From positions 1,490 through 65,489 of the forward strand of contig CANQMV010000002.1 of NCBI GenBank assembly GCA_947625085.1: a stretch of DNA of 64,000 nt, in the 5' to 3' direction. The position numbers and the translations under genes are program-made. The first letter of the stretch is position 1, and each line of letters begins with the position of its first letter. Source of the stretch: an uncultured Bacilli bacterium (GTDB lineage: Bacteria; Bacillota_I; Bacilli_A; RF39; UBA660). Under the pieces are notes generated by a model, which saw only the letters and a list, made by a program, of their open reading frames with translations, had not been told where the DNA came from and did no database searches. Positions 37,363 to 45,988 of this stretch are shown here, in pieces.

Positions 37363-38097
37363 ATGAGAATTGCGGTATTTTCTGATATTCATGGTAATTT
37401 AGAAGCTTTAAAAGAAATTTTAAATGATATAGAAAATGAAAAAATTGATGAAGTTATTTGTTTAGGAGATGTTATAGGTCTTGGACCGGAAAGTAAAGAA
37501 TGCCTAGATTTAATAATTTCTAAAAAAATTAAATTTATTTTAGGTAATCATGAACTTTGTTATTTATTTGGTTTTAATATTGATAAAAGTGTTGATTTAA
37601 AAAGAAGTGAACATTATAAATATATTGATAAAATTTTAGGAGAAGAAGAACATAGATTTTTAGAGAAATGTCCGTTGTTTATTGAATGTAAATATTTAGA
37701 TAAAAAGATTTTGTTTGAGCATTTTTTAATTAAAGATAGAAATTTAAAATATCCTTATTATAGTTTAAATATTTTAACGAGTTTAAAAGATAGTTTAGGG
37801 GAAATTGTAAAAAAGACAGGAAATGATTATATTTTTATAGGTCATGAACATACAGGATTTGAATTTGAGGTTGATGATATTAAATTGATTGATATTGGTA
37901 GTAGTGGATGTGTTAAAAATAATATAATTTTTTATACCATTATTGAATTTAAAAATGATATTTCTGTTATGAAAAAGGTTATTACTTATAATAAAGGAAA
38001 ATTAGAAAAAGCATTGTTAAAAGAAGATTATCCTGAAAGATTAGAAATAGCTTCGAAATTTTTTGGAATAAATATTGAAAAAGAAAATTCAAATTGA
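37363..38097 (+). CDS. Metallophosphoesterase (YfcE/MPP family)
   Basis: MRIAVFSDIHGN..GD..G.GP..GNHE..GHEH motifs. Confidence 0.8.
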   Translation: MRIAVFSDIHGNLEALKEILNDIENEKIDEVICLGDVIGLGPESKECLDLIISKKIKFILGNHELCYLFGFNIDKSVDLKRSEHYKYIDKILGEEEHRFLEKCPLFIECKYLDKKILFEHFLIKDRNLKYPYYSLNILTSLKDSLGEIVKKTGNDYIFIGHEHTGFEFEVDDIKLIDIGSSGCVKNNIIFYTIIEFKNDISVMKKVITYNKGKLEKALLKEDYPERLEIASKFFGINIEKENSN

Positions 38098-38103
38098 TAT
38101 AAT
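38075..38103 (+). promoter_or_regulatory. Promoter of leader copy 1
   Basis: TTGAAA 38075-80, 17-nt spacer ending in TGa, then TATAAT 38098-103. Confidence 0.5.
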
Positions 38104-38134
38104 AAAATCATCTAATAAAATAGGATGTGATATT

Positions 38135-38203
38135 ATGTATAAAATAGATGTAAATTATGAAGAAAAAGAAGTTGACAATTTGTCAACCTGGGGGGGGGTA
38201 TAG
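38135..38203 (+). CDS. Leader uORF copy 1 (22 aa, MYKIDVNYEEKEVDNLSTWGGV) containing the palindrome and G9 tract
   Basis: SD AGGATG lies upstream. Inverted repeat GTTGACA-ATT-TGTCAAC at 38171-87. G9 at 38190-98. TAG at 38201-03. The C-terminus and nucleotide core are conserved in copies 2 and 3. Confidence 0.6.
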   Translation: MYKIDVNYEEKEVDNLSTWGGV

Positions 38204-38242
38204 TACTTAAATATCAACTAAATTCTCAAAAATTAAAAGAGT

Positions 38243-38293
38243 AACACTTAAAAAATTGGTAAGAAATTTACCAAATTTTTAGGTGTTTTTTTA
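38243..38293 (+). terminator. Leader terminator copy 1
   Basis: 20-bp stem AACACTTAAAAAATTGGTAA / TTACCAAATTTTTAGGTGTT (one G-U pair, one mismatch), loop GAAAT, then T7. Lies 25 nt before ATG 38318. Confidence 0.8.
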
Positions 38294-38317
38294 AGTTAAA
38301 AAAGAAAGAAGGATTTT

Positions 38318-41305
38318 ATGAATAAAAAAAGTATAATAATTAGTCTAATCGTTTTAACAATCGTATTAATAATTGGAAGTAGTTATGCTTATTTAAAAGC
38401 AGAACGTGAATCTGAAGAACAAAGTTTAAGTATGAAAAACTTTGGAGTAATTTTATTAAAAGATATGGTTTCTGTAACACTAGATAAAACAGTGCCAATG
38501 AGTGATGAAGATGGAATATATAATGAAAGTACAACTTTTGAAATTCAAAATACCGGAAATGTATCAGCAAATTACAAAGTAAGTTTAGTTGATAAAGAAA
38601 CTAAAAGTACAATGAGTAATAATGATATAAGATATCGATTAACTAGGATAAGTTCAATAGATAATACCAAAGAAACTTTTGAAATCAGAAATTTAGATAG
38701 CAACGGAATAATTGATGAAGGAGTAATTGAAGTATCTGAAATAATAACTTATGAAATAGTATTATGGATAGATATAGATGCTAATCCATTAGGTCAAACT
38801 TTTAATAAAGTAGTAGAAGTAGATGCATTTCAAAATAATTCTCTTGATAGAAGTGGAGCTAATCCGCCTGAAATGCTTGCTAGTATGATACCCGTATATT
38901 ATGAAAAACAAACAGATGAAAGTGGAATATGGAAAATTGCTGATATAACCAATAGAAATAAACATTATGCATGGTATAACTATGCTGATTATAAAAAAAG
39001 TGATGCTGAAGATGTAAAAACAATGGTAGCAACTATTTTACCAAGTGGAGATATATCATTAGATGGAACAGATGATTATGTTAATTTAGGATATGAAAAT
39101 TATGATTTTAAAAATAATATTAGTGTAGTAGCAAGATTTAAAGTAAATAGTTTTCCAAGTAATTTTTTTGGTTATATAATAGGAAATGCAGAAGGAGCTG
39201 GTTTTTATTTTGGTGTATTAAATAATAAGAAAATTCGAGTAGGAATTCATGTAAATGGTGGTTATAAAGATTTAACTTCTACAATGACGATAAATGGAAA
39301 TACTTGGTATACAGTAGTCGCCACTTATGATAACAATAAAATTAAATTATATATATATCAAAATGGTAGTTTATTAGAAGAAAATGAAATGTCAGTTACA
39401 GGAGCAATAAAACCTTCAATTGCACCATTAATGTTAGGTGGAAATCCTGGTGTTGATGGAAAACCTTATGGAGAATTCTTAAATTATATAATAAGTGATA
39501 CATTAGTTTACACAGATACGTTAACTGATACCGAAATAAAAAATTATTTTACAAATGAGATAATAGATTATCCAAAAGATAATTTACTAGTTGAAAAAAT
39601 AGGCTTTTTAGAAAGCGAATCTAACAGGTGGGCTAATGTTATAACCTTGAAAGAAGGGGAAAGAAAATTAGTTGATGAAACCTTCACTAGTATTCCAGAT
39701 ACAAAATATTATGAAATTTTAGATAATGGAGATATTTATTTAGATGGAGTTAATGATTTTTATAATTTAGGTCATGCTAATGAAGAATTAGGAAGTAATA
39801 TTAGTTTAGTTGCAAGATTTAAATTAAATAGTTTAAACAATGAAACCCGTATAATTTCCAATACCCAAGGTGGAGGATGTATGATACGAATTCTGTCAAC
39901 TAAAAAAATTGGCTTTAGTATTCATATTAATGGAGCCTATCGTGATCTTATGAGTACTAATTTAATTGAGGTAGGAAAGTGGTATACAGTAGTTGCTACC
40001 TACGATAATTCTAAAATGAAACTTTATGTTTATCAAGAAGGAAAACAAATTGAAACTAAAGAGCAAGAACAAACTGGTGCAATAACTAAATCAGCAGCTC
40101 CTTTTACGCTAGGCTCTGAACCAGATGCCTTTGGATTTCCTGTAGATATTACTTCTATAAATGGAACAATAAGTAAGGCAATAATATATAAAGATACTTT
40201 AACTTTAGAAGAAATTACTAATAATTTTACTAATGAAATAACAAATTATCCTGAAGATAATATTTTAATAGATGTTGGAAAGGGAAAATATATTGAACAA
40301 AAGAATTATTATACAATAAATGACCAAGGAGAAATAACTTTTAATGGGCAAGATAATTTTTTAAATCTTGGCTATGAAAATTATGATTTTAAAAATAATG
40401 TTAGCCTTGTTACTAAATTTAAGATATTTTCTTTAAATAAAAGCAATAATAGTTTAATTGGAAATGCTGAAGGTGGTGGTATAAGTCTTTATGTAAATAA
40501 TAATAATATTAGATTTGAAGTTCATACGGGAGGAAGTTATCATTACCTTGCAAGTGATATGACAATTAACGAAAATAAATGGTATACGGCAGTAGGAACT
40601 TATGATGGAAGTAAAATGAAATTATATATCTATCAAGATGGAAAACAACTGGAAGTTAAAGAACAAGCTCAAACTGGTGCAATAACTAAATCACCTGCTC
40701 CTTTAATGTTAGGTGGTAATCCTAATGCTTATGGTTTTCCTACTGATAGTTTTCTAAATGGTTCTATAAGTTCAACCTATGTCTATAATGATACTTTAAC
40801 TGATATGGAAATTGAAAGTATCGGAAATGATATAAAACAATATCCAAAAAATAACTTATTAATAGCTTATGAAGATTTTAAAGAAAAAAGTGAAAGAGAA
40901 ATTTTATTAAAATCTGAACCAGGAACTGAGATTAAGACGGAAAATATAGCAAATGTATGGGTTTGGATACCAAGATTTAAATATAATAGTTTAAATGAAA
41001 GTGTTAATTTTTCAAATGGAATCAAAAAAGAAGAAACTACTCTGCAAGCATTTACCAATGAAAATAAAGAACTAGTAGGTTTTTATGTAAGTAAAGAAGA
41101 TATAAATAATTTAGAAGAAGTAAAACAAAATATAATAGATAATAATAAAAATTATGAGGTTCATACAATAAATGATAATGAAAAAGCAGCCGCCAATTAT
41201 CTTTTAAATTCAAAATATGGAAATAAATCTCAGTTGGGAAACACTTTAACTAATAATCGAGCAGTTATTGATATATACCATGAATTTCCTTGGCTTAACG
41301 AATAG
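38318..41305 (+). CDS. Large secreted/anchored protein (paralog A)
   Basis: Domain order: N-terminal anchor, beta-sandwich domain, three LamG/ConA-like repeats, and a truncated FGE-like C-terminus. The N-terminus MNKKSIIISLIVLTIVLIIGSSYAYL resembles SipW/camelysin-type signals. Each LamG-like repeat has DG.DD/NF.NLG....NIS.VA.FK...WYTVVATYD..K.KLY.YQ.G. The C-terminus carries WVWIPRFKY and ..LVGFYVSKE.. homologous to paralog B. Confidence 0.8.
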   Translation: MNKKSIIISLIVLTIVLIIGSSYAYLKAERESEEQSLSMKNFGVILLKDMVSVTLDKTVPMSDEDGIYNESTTFEIQNTGNVSANYKVSLVDKETKSTMSNNDIRYRLTRISSIDNTKETFEIRNLDSNGIIDEGVIEVSEIITYEIVLWIDIDANPLGQTFNKVVEVDAFQNNSLDRSGANPPEMLASMIPVYYEKQTDESGIWKIADITNRNKHYAWYNYADYKKSDAEDVKTMVATILPSGDISLDGTDDYVNLGYENYDFKNNISVVARFKVNSFPSNFFGYIIGNAEGAGFYFGVLNNKKIRVGIHVNGGYKDLTSTMTINGNTWYTVVATYDNNKIKLYIYQNGSLLEENEMSVTGAIKPSIAPLMLGGNPGVDGKPYGEFLNYIISDTLVYTDTLTDTEIKNYFTNEIIDYPKDNLLVEKIGFLESESNRWANVITLKEGERKLVDETFTSIPDTKYYEILDNGDIYLDGVNDFYNLGHANEELGSNISLVARFKLNSLNNETRIISNTQGGGCMIRILSTKKIGFSIHINGAYRDLMSTNLIEVGKWYTVVATYDNSKMKLYVYQEGKQIETKEQEQTGAITKSAAPFTLGSEPDAFGFPVDITSINGTISKAIIYKDTLTLEEITNNFTNEITNYPEDNILIDVGKGKYIEQKNYYTINDQGEITFNGQDNFLNLGYENYDFKNNVSLVTKFKIFSLNKSNNSLIGNAEGGGISLYVNNNNIRFEVHTGGSYHYLASDMTINENKWYTAVGTYDGSKMKLYIYQDGKQLEVKEQAQTGAITKSPAPLMLGGNPNAYGFPTDSFLNGSISSTYVYNDTLTDMEIESIGNDIKQYPKNNLLIAYEDFKEKSEREILLKSEPGTEIKTENIANVWVWIPRFKYNSLNESVNFSNGIKKEETTLQAFTNENKELVGFYVSKEDINNLEEVKQNIIDNNKNYEVHTINDNEKAAANYLLNSKYGNKSQLGNTLTNNRAVIDIYHEFPWLNE
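39040..40870 (+). repeat. Three tandem ~600-680-bp intragenic repeats (LamG-like modules)
   Basis: Repeat cores start near 39060, 39740 and 40340. The 24-mer CAAACTGGTGCAATAACTAAATCA occurs at 40070 and 40670, exactly 600 nt apart. Confidence 0.8.
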
Positions 41306-41306
41306 A

Positions 41307-41335
41307 CTATTGATTTATAATCAATAGCTATTTTA
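41307..41335 (+). terminator. Probable terminator
   Basis: CTATTGAT-TTATA-ATCAATAG stem with a weak T-run. Confidence 0.45.
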
Positions 41336-41407
41336 ATTATTGAATAAGAATTTAATTTTAGTTATAATATTTTTATAAATGTTTAAAATTAAATGAAAGG
41401 AAATTTT

Positions 41408-42634
41408 ATGAATATAGTTGATATAATAAATAAAAAAAGAGTTAAAGAAGAACTTACTAAAGAAGAACTTGAATATGCTTTTAATGGCTATTTAAATAAT
41501 TATGTTAAAGATTATCAAATGGCATCTTTATTAATGGCTATTTGTATAAATGGAATGAGTGAACGAGAAACCTTTGATTTAGTTGATATTTTTATTAAAA
41601 GTGGTGATACTCTTGATTTAAGTTTTTTACCTGGTATTAAAGTTGATAAACATTCAACTGGTGGAATTGGAGATAAAATAACCTTAATTATCGGGCCAAT
41701 TGTTGCATCGTGCGGCGTAGTTGTTCCTAAAATGAGTGGCCGAGGATTAGGTTATACCGGAGGAACGATTGATAAATTAGAAAGTATTAAAGGTTTTAAT
41801 GTTTCGCTTTCTGAAGATGAGTTTTTAAATGCTTTAAAAAAAGTTGGGTTTGCTGTAACTGGTCAAACTAGTAATCTTTGTCCACTTGATAAAGTAATTT
41901 ATGCCCTACGAGATGTAACAGGTACCACCTCATCAATTCCTTTAATTGCAACTTCTATTATGGCTAAAAAAATTGCTGGTGGTGCTGATAAAATTTTAAT
42001 TGATATAAAATGTGGTAAAGGAGCTTTAATTACTAATTTAGAAGAGGCTAAAAAATTAAAAACTTTAATGGAGAAAATTGGTAACTTTTATAATCGTGAG
42101 ACAATTTGCGAAATAAGCGATATGAATACTCCTCTTGGCACTAATATAGGAAATAGTTTAGAAGTTTTAGAAGCAATCGAAGTTTTAAAAGGAAAAACTG
42201 GACCTTTAACAGATTTAGCTATTAAAATAGCAAGTGAAATGATTAGTCTTTCCAAAGAAATACCATTAAATGAAGCTAAAAGTTTAGTTTTAAAATCATT
42301 ACAAGAAGGTCTTGCCTACAAGAAATTTCAAGAATTTGTTGAAAATCAAGGTGGTGATTTAAATTCTTTAGAAATTAGCAAACATAAAGAAATTATTAAA
42401 AGTCCTAAAAAAGGTAAAGTTATCAGTATTAATGCTTTAAATATTGGTAAATTATCTTGTAGTCTTGGGGCAGGCAGAATAAATAAAGAAGATAAAATTG
42501 ATTATGGAGTTGGAATTGTTTTAAATAAATTAGTAGGAGATTACGTAGAAGTTAATGATGATTTATTTACCTTATATAAAAAAGATAACAATAAAATAAA
42601 TCTTAATCTTGAAGATTACTATGAAATAAAATAA
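41408..42634 (+). CDS. pdp: Pyrimidine-nucleoside phosphorylase
   Basis: ..DYQMASLLMAI...GM...E......VDKHSTGGIGDK..MSGRGLG.TGGT.DKLE.. ATG 41408 follows AAAGGAA. Confidence 0.9.
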   Translation: MNIVDIINKKRVKEELTKEELEYAFNGYLNNYVKDYQMASLLMAICINGMSERETFDLVDIFIKSGDTLDLSFLPGIKVDKHSTGGIGDKITLIIGPIVASCGVVVPKMSGRGLGYTGGTIDKLESIKGFNVSLSEDEFLNALKKVGFAVTGQTSNLCPLDKVIYALRDVTGTTSSIPLIATSIMAKKIAGGADKILIDIKCGKGALITNLEEAKKLKTLMEKIGNFYNRETICEISDMNTPLGTNIGNSLEVLEAIEVLKGKTGPLTDLAIKIASEMISLSKEIPLNEAKSLVLKSLQEGLAYKKFQEFVENQGGDLNSLEISKHKEIIKSPKKGKVISINALNIGKLSCSLGAGRINKEDKIDYGVGIVLNKLVGDYVEVNDDLFTLYKKDNNKINLNLEDYYEIK

Positions 42635-42665
42635 AATTAATAGCATATTCTTAAGTGGTGAGATT

Positions 42666-42896
42666 ATGAATTTATCAGAATTTCAGAATAAAGATGTTAT
42701 TAATATTAAAGATGGCAAAAAAATTGGTAATATTATAGATTGTAGGATAGAACCTGTTAGTGGAAGAATAATCTCTTTTTTAATAGAACCATCAAGAAGT
42801 GTTTTTTCATTAAGAGGAAGTGCTAAAATTGAAATTGATTATGAAAATATTAGTAAGATAGGAGAAGATGTAATTTTAATAAATTACCATGAATAA
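42666..42896 (+). CDS. ylmC: YlmC/YmxH-family PRC-barrel sporulation protein
   Basis: 76 aa; ..DVINIKDGKKIGNI.D..I....GRI.S..I.. pattern. Confidence 0.75.
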   Translation: MNLSEFQNKDVINIKDGKKIGNIIDCRIEPVSGRIISFLIEPSRSVFSLRGSAKIEIDYENISKIGEDVILINYHE

Positions 42897-42898
42897 AG

Positions 42899-43615
42899 AT
42901 GAAAAAGTATAAAAAAAGTGATTTAGAAACATATACATTAGGAACAACTTTAACCCTTGAAGGATTAAATAAAAAAGTAAAATATGCTAAAAGAGTATAT
43001 ATTCATTCTAAACAAGAGAAAAATGAAACTTATGAAAAAATTATAAAAATATGTAATACTAATAAAATTGAAATAATTTTTAGTGATAAAACTATAAATA
43101 CTTTATCAGATAAAGAAAATTGCTTTATTATTGGAGTTTTTGAAAAGTTTAACGAAGAAATTGATTATTCCAAAAATCATGTTGTTTTAGTAAATCCTTC
43201 AAATATGGGAAATTTAGGAACTATTATTAGAAGTTCAGTTGGATTTGGGATTTGTGATTTAGCAATTATAAAACCGGCAGTTGATATATTTGACCCTAAA
43301 GTAATAAGAAGTAGTATGGGAGCAATTTTTAATCTTCGATTTACTTATTTTGATAGTATTGAAGAATATCTTGAAAAAACGAAAGGAAGAAGTTATTATC
43401 CTTTTATGTTAAAAGCGAAAACGGTTCTTCAAGATGTTAAAAATGAAGGAATTTATTCTTTAATTTTTGGAAATGAAGCAACGGGACTTCCTGATTCTTA
43501 TTTAAATCTTGGGACTAGTGTTATTATTAAGCATACTACTAACATTGATAGTTTAAATTTAGATAATGCAGTTGCAATTGCCTTATTTGAATTTACAAAA
43601 AATGATTTTAAATAG
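42899..43615 (+). CDS. TrmH/SpoU-family RNA 2'-O-methyltransferase
   Basis: SpoU motifs: NPSNMGNLGTIIRS, GNEATGL and LN.AVA.A. Confidence 0.8.
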   Translation: MKKYKKSDLETYTLGTTLTLEGLNKKVKYAKRVYIHSKQEKNETYEKIIKICNTNKIEIIFSDKTINTLSDKENCFIIGVFEKFNEEIDYSKNHVVLVNPSNMGNLGTIIRSSVGFGICDLAIIKPAVDIFDPKVIRSSMGAIFNLRFTYFDSIEEYLEKTKGRSYYPFMLKAKTVLQDVKNEGIYSLIFGNEATGLPDSYLNLGTSVIIKHTTNIDSLNLDNAVAIALFEFTKNDFK

Positions 43616-43664
43616 TTGACATTTTAAAAAATAATTAGTATATATTTGTCTATGAGGTGATGAT

Positions 43665-45698
43665 ATGGATTTAGTAATAGTTGAATCCCCAGCTAAAAGT
43701 AAAACAATTGAAAAATACCTTGGAAAAAATTATAAAGTTGTAAGTAGTATAGGTCATATTCGCGATTTAGCAACAACTGGTAAATATGGACTTGGAATAG
43801 ATATAGATAATAACTTTACCCCTAATTATGTACCAATTAAAGGTAAAAAGAAAGTTATAAGTGATTTAAAAAAATTAGTTAAAGAAGCTTCCAAAGTTTA
43901 TCTTGCAACCGACCCCGACCGAGAAGGGGAAGCTATTTCTTGGCATTTATATGATACCCTTGGCATTAAAAATAAAGACTATTCAAGAGTCTTATTTTAT
44001 GAAATTACTAAAGATAAAGTTTTAGAGGGAATCCAAAAGCCTCGAAAAATTGATTATAATTTAGTTAAGAGTCAAGAGACAAGGCGTTTTTTAGACCGAA
44101 TTATTGGATTTAGACTTAGTAAACTTATGCAATCAAAGACTAGTGGAACAAGTGCTGGTCGGGTTCAAAGTGTTGCTTTAAAATTAATCGTTGATAGAGA
44201 AAGAGAAATTGCAGCTTTTAAAAGTGAGGAGTATTATACTGTTACTGCCTTTTTTAACGATTTTGCTGAACCTTTTACTTCAGAACTTTTTAAATATAAA
44301 GAAGCGGATATTGAGATAAAAACTGAAAATGAAGCTAAAGAGATACTAGCCAAGTTAAGTGCTAATTTCAAATTAGAAAACATTGAAACGAAAACGAAAA
44401 ATAAAGCTAGTAAATTTCCATTTACAACGTCAACTTTGCAACAAGAAGCTTCAACTAAACTTAATTTTAATGCTAAAAAAACGATGATGTTAGCTCAAAA
44501 AATGTATGAAGGTATTGATATAGGTAGTGAAACTGTCGGATTAATTACTTATATGCGTACGGATTCTATTCGGTTAAGTGATGAATTTACAGGTAGTGCT
44601 TTTAAATATATTGAAGAAAAATTTGGAAAAGAGTTTGTTGGGTATATTAAAAGAAGTAAAAAAACTGAAAATGTTCAAGATGCTCATGAAGCAATAAGAC
44701 CAACAAGTATTTTAAGAGAACCTAAAGATTTAGAAAAATATTTAACAGCTGATGAATTTAAATTATATAATTTGATATATAAACGAACACTTGCTTCTTT
44801 GATGAGTGATGCTAAAACTTTAGCAACAACCATCATTCTAGATAACAATGATTATAAGTTTAAAACAACTGGTTCAGTGGTTACTTTTAAAGGTTATTTA
44901 GATGTTTATCAAGAGTTTGAAGATACAAAAGATACGATTTTACCAGATTTAAATGCTAAATTAAATCAAGAAATTGAATCTTCAGAAATTAAATATGAAC
45001 AACATTTTACTAAGCCTAAGCCAAGATATACTGAAGCAAGATTAATTCATGAAATGGAAGAGTTAGGAATTGGAAGACCTTCAACTTATGCAACTATTAT
45101 GTCTAATATAAGAGATCGTGGTTATGTAATTTTGGAAGATAAAAAATTTGTTCCAACTGAAGTTGGAATTCAAGTAACAGATCGCTTGCAGGAATATTTT
45201 AGTAATATTATTAATGTTCGTTATACTGCTAATATGGAAGAAGATTTAGATAAAATTGCTCAAGGTGAATTAAATAATTTAGAGGTTTTAACTAATTTTT
45301 ATCAAATTTTTGATGAAACTCTTCAAAAGGCTTTTAAGGGAATGGAAAAAGAAAAACCTGAAGAAACCGGAGAAGTTTGTCCTGAATGTGGTAATCCTTT
45401 GGTAGTTCGAAAAGGAAGATATGGGGAATTTGTTGCATGTAGTAATTATCCAAATTGTAAATATATAAAAAAAGAAACTCCAGATATTAAAGAAATTATT
45501 GATTGTCCAAACTGTTCTGGTAAAATTGTTGAGAAGCATACTAAAAAAGGTAAAGTTTTTTATGGTTGCAATAATTTTCCAAAATGTAAAACTGCATATT
45601 GGGATATGCCAACTGGGGAGTTATGCCCTAATTGCAACGAAATGTTAGTTAAGAAAAATGATAAAATTAAATGTTCAAAATGTGATTACGAAAGGTAA
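43665..45698 (+). CDS. topA: DNA topoisomerase I
   Basis: TOPRIM N-terminus (LVIVESPAK..DPDREGEAI), active-site YMRTDS, and C-terminal CxxC zinc ribbons. Confidence 0.95.
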   Translation: MDLVIVESPAKSKTIEKYLGKNYKVVSSIGHIRDLATTGKYGLGIDIDNNFTPNYVPIKGKKKVISDLKKLVKEASKVYLATDPDREGEAISWHLYDTLGIKNKDYSRVLFYEITKDKVLEGIQKPRKIDYNLVKSQETRRFLDRIIGFRLSKLMQSKTSGTSAGRVQSVALKLIVDREREIAAFKSEEYYTVTAFFNDFAEPFTSELFKYKEADIEIKTENEAKEILAKLSANFKLENIETKTKNKASKFPFTTSTLQQEASTKLNFNAKKTMMLAQKMYEGIDIGSETVGLITYMRTDSIRLSDEFTGSAFKYIEEKFGKEFVGYIKRSKKTENVQDAHEAIRPTSILREPKDLEKYLTADEFKLYNLIYKRTLASLMSDAKTLATTIILDNNDYKFKTTGSVVTFKGYLDVYQEFEDTKDTILPDLNAKLNQEIESSEIKYEQHFTKPKPRYTEARLIHEMEELGIGRPSTYATIMSNIRDRGYVILEDKKFVPTEVGIQVTDRLQEYFSNIINVRYTANMEEDLDKIAQGELNNLEVLTNFYQIFDETLQKAFKGMEKEKPEETGEVCPECGNPLVVRKGRYGEFVACSNYPNCKYIKKETPDIKEIIDCPNCSGKIVEKHTKKGKVFYGCNNFPKCKTAYWDMPTGELCPNCNEMLVKKNDKIKCSKCDYER

Positions 45699-45711
45699 AA
45701 GAATTACATAA

Positions 45712-45743
45712 AAGAATTTAGAAATAATTTAAATTCTTTTTTG
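45712..45743 (+). terminator. topA terminator
   Basis: AAGAATTTA..TAAATTCTT stem followed by T6. Confidence 0.65.
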
Positions 45744-45798
45744 CTTGATTAAATTCTAAAAATATTGTATTCTTAATATAAGAATAGGAGAACTTGAG

Positions 45799-45876
45799 AT
45801 GGAAAATAAGTTAAAATATTATAAAAATTATCAAAGAAAAGAAGTTGACAAATTGTCAACCATGGGGGGGGGATAG
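45799..45876 (+). CDS. Leader uORF copy 2 (25 aa, MENKLKYYKNYQRKEVDKLSTMGGG)
   Basis: SD AGGAG. Palindrome GTTGACA-AAT-TGTCAAC at 45844-60. G9 at 45864-72. TAG at 45874-76. Confidence 0.6.
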   Translation: MENKLKYYKNYQRKEVDKLSTMGGG

Positions 45877-45915
45877 TACTTAAATATCAAGTAAATCCTT
45901 TGAACTTAAAAGAAT

Positions 45916-45966
45916 AACACTTAAAAAATTGGTAAGAAATTTACCAAGTTTTTAGGTGTTTTTTTA
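45916..45966 (+). terminator. Leader terminator copy 2
   Basis: Near-identical to copy 1 (20-bp stem plus T7). Lies 23 nt before ATG 45989. Confidence 0.8.
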
Positions 45967-45988
45967 AGTTTATTTAGGAGGATGAAAG

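Noticed and set aside
38171-38203. Reading the conserved TTGACA...G9...TATAGT element as a simple promoter whose spacer length is set by the G tract
   Set aside because: The TTGACA-to-TATAGT spacing is 21 nt, and from the inner TTGTCA it is 13 nt. Neither is near 17, so +/-1 G would not create a functional spacer. Separate, better-spaced promoters lie upstream, and the element lies inside an SD-led uORF. An operator role for the palindrome remains possible.
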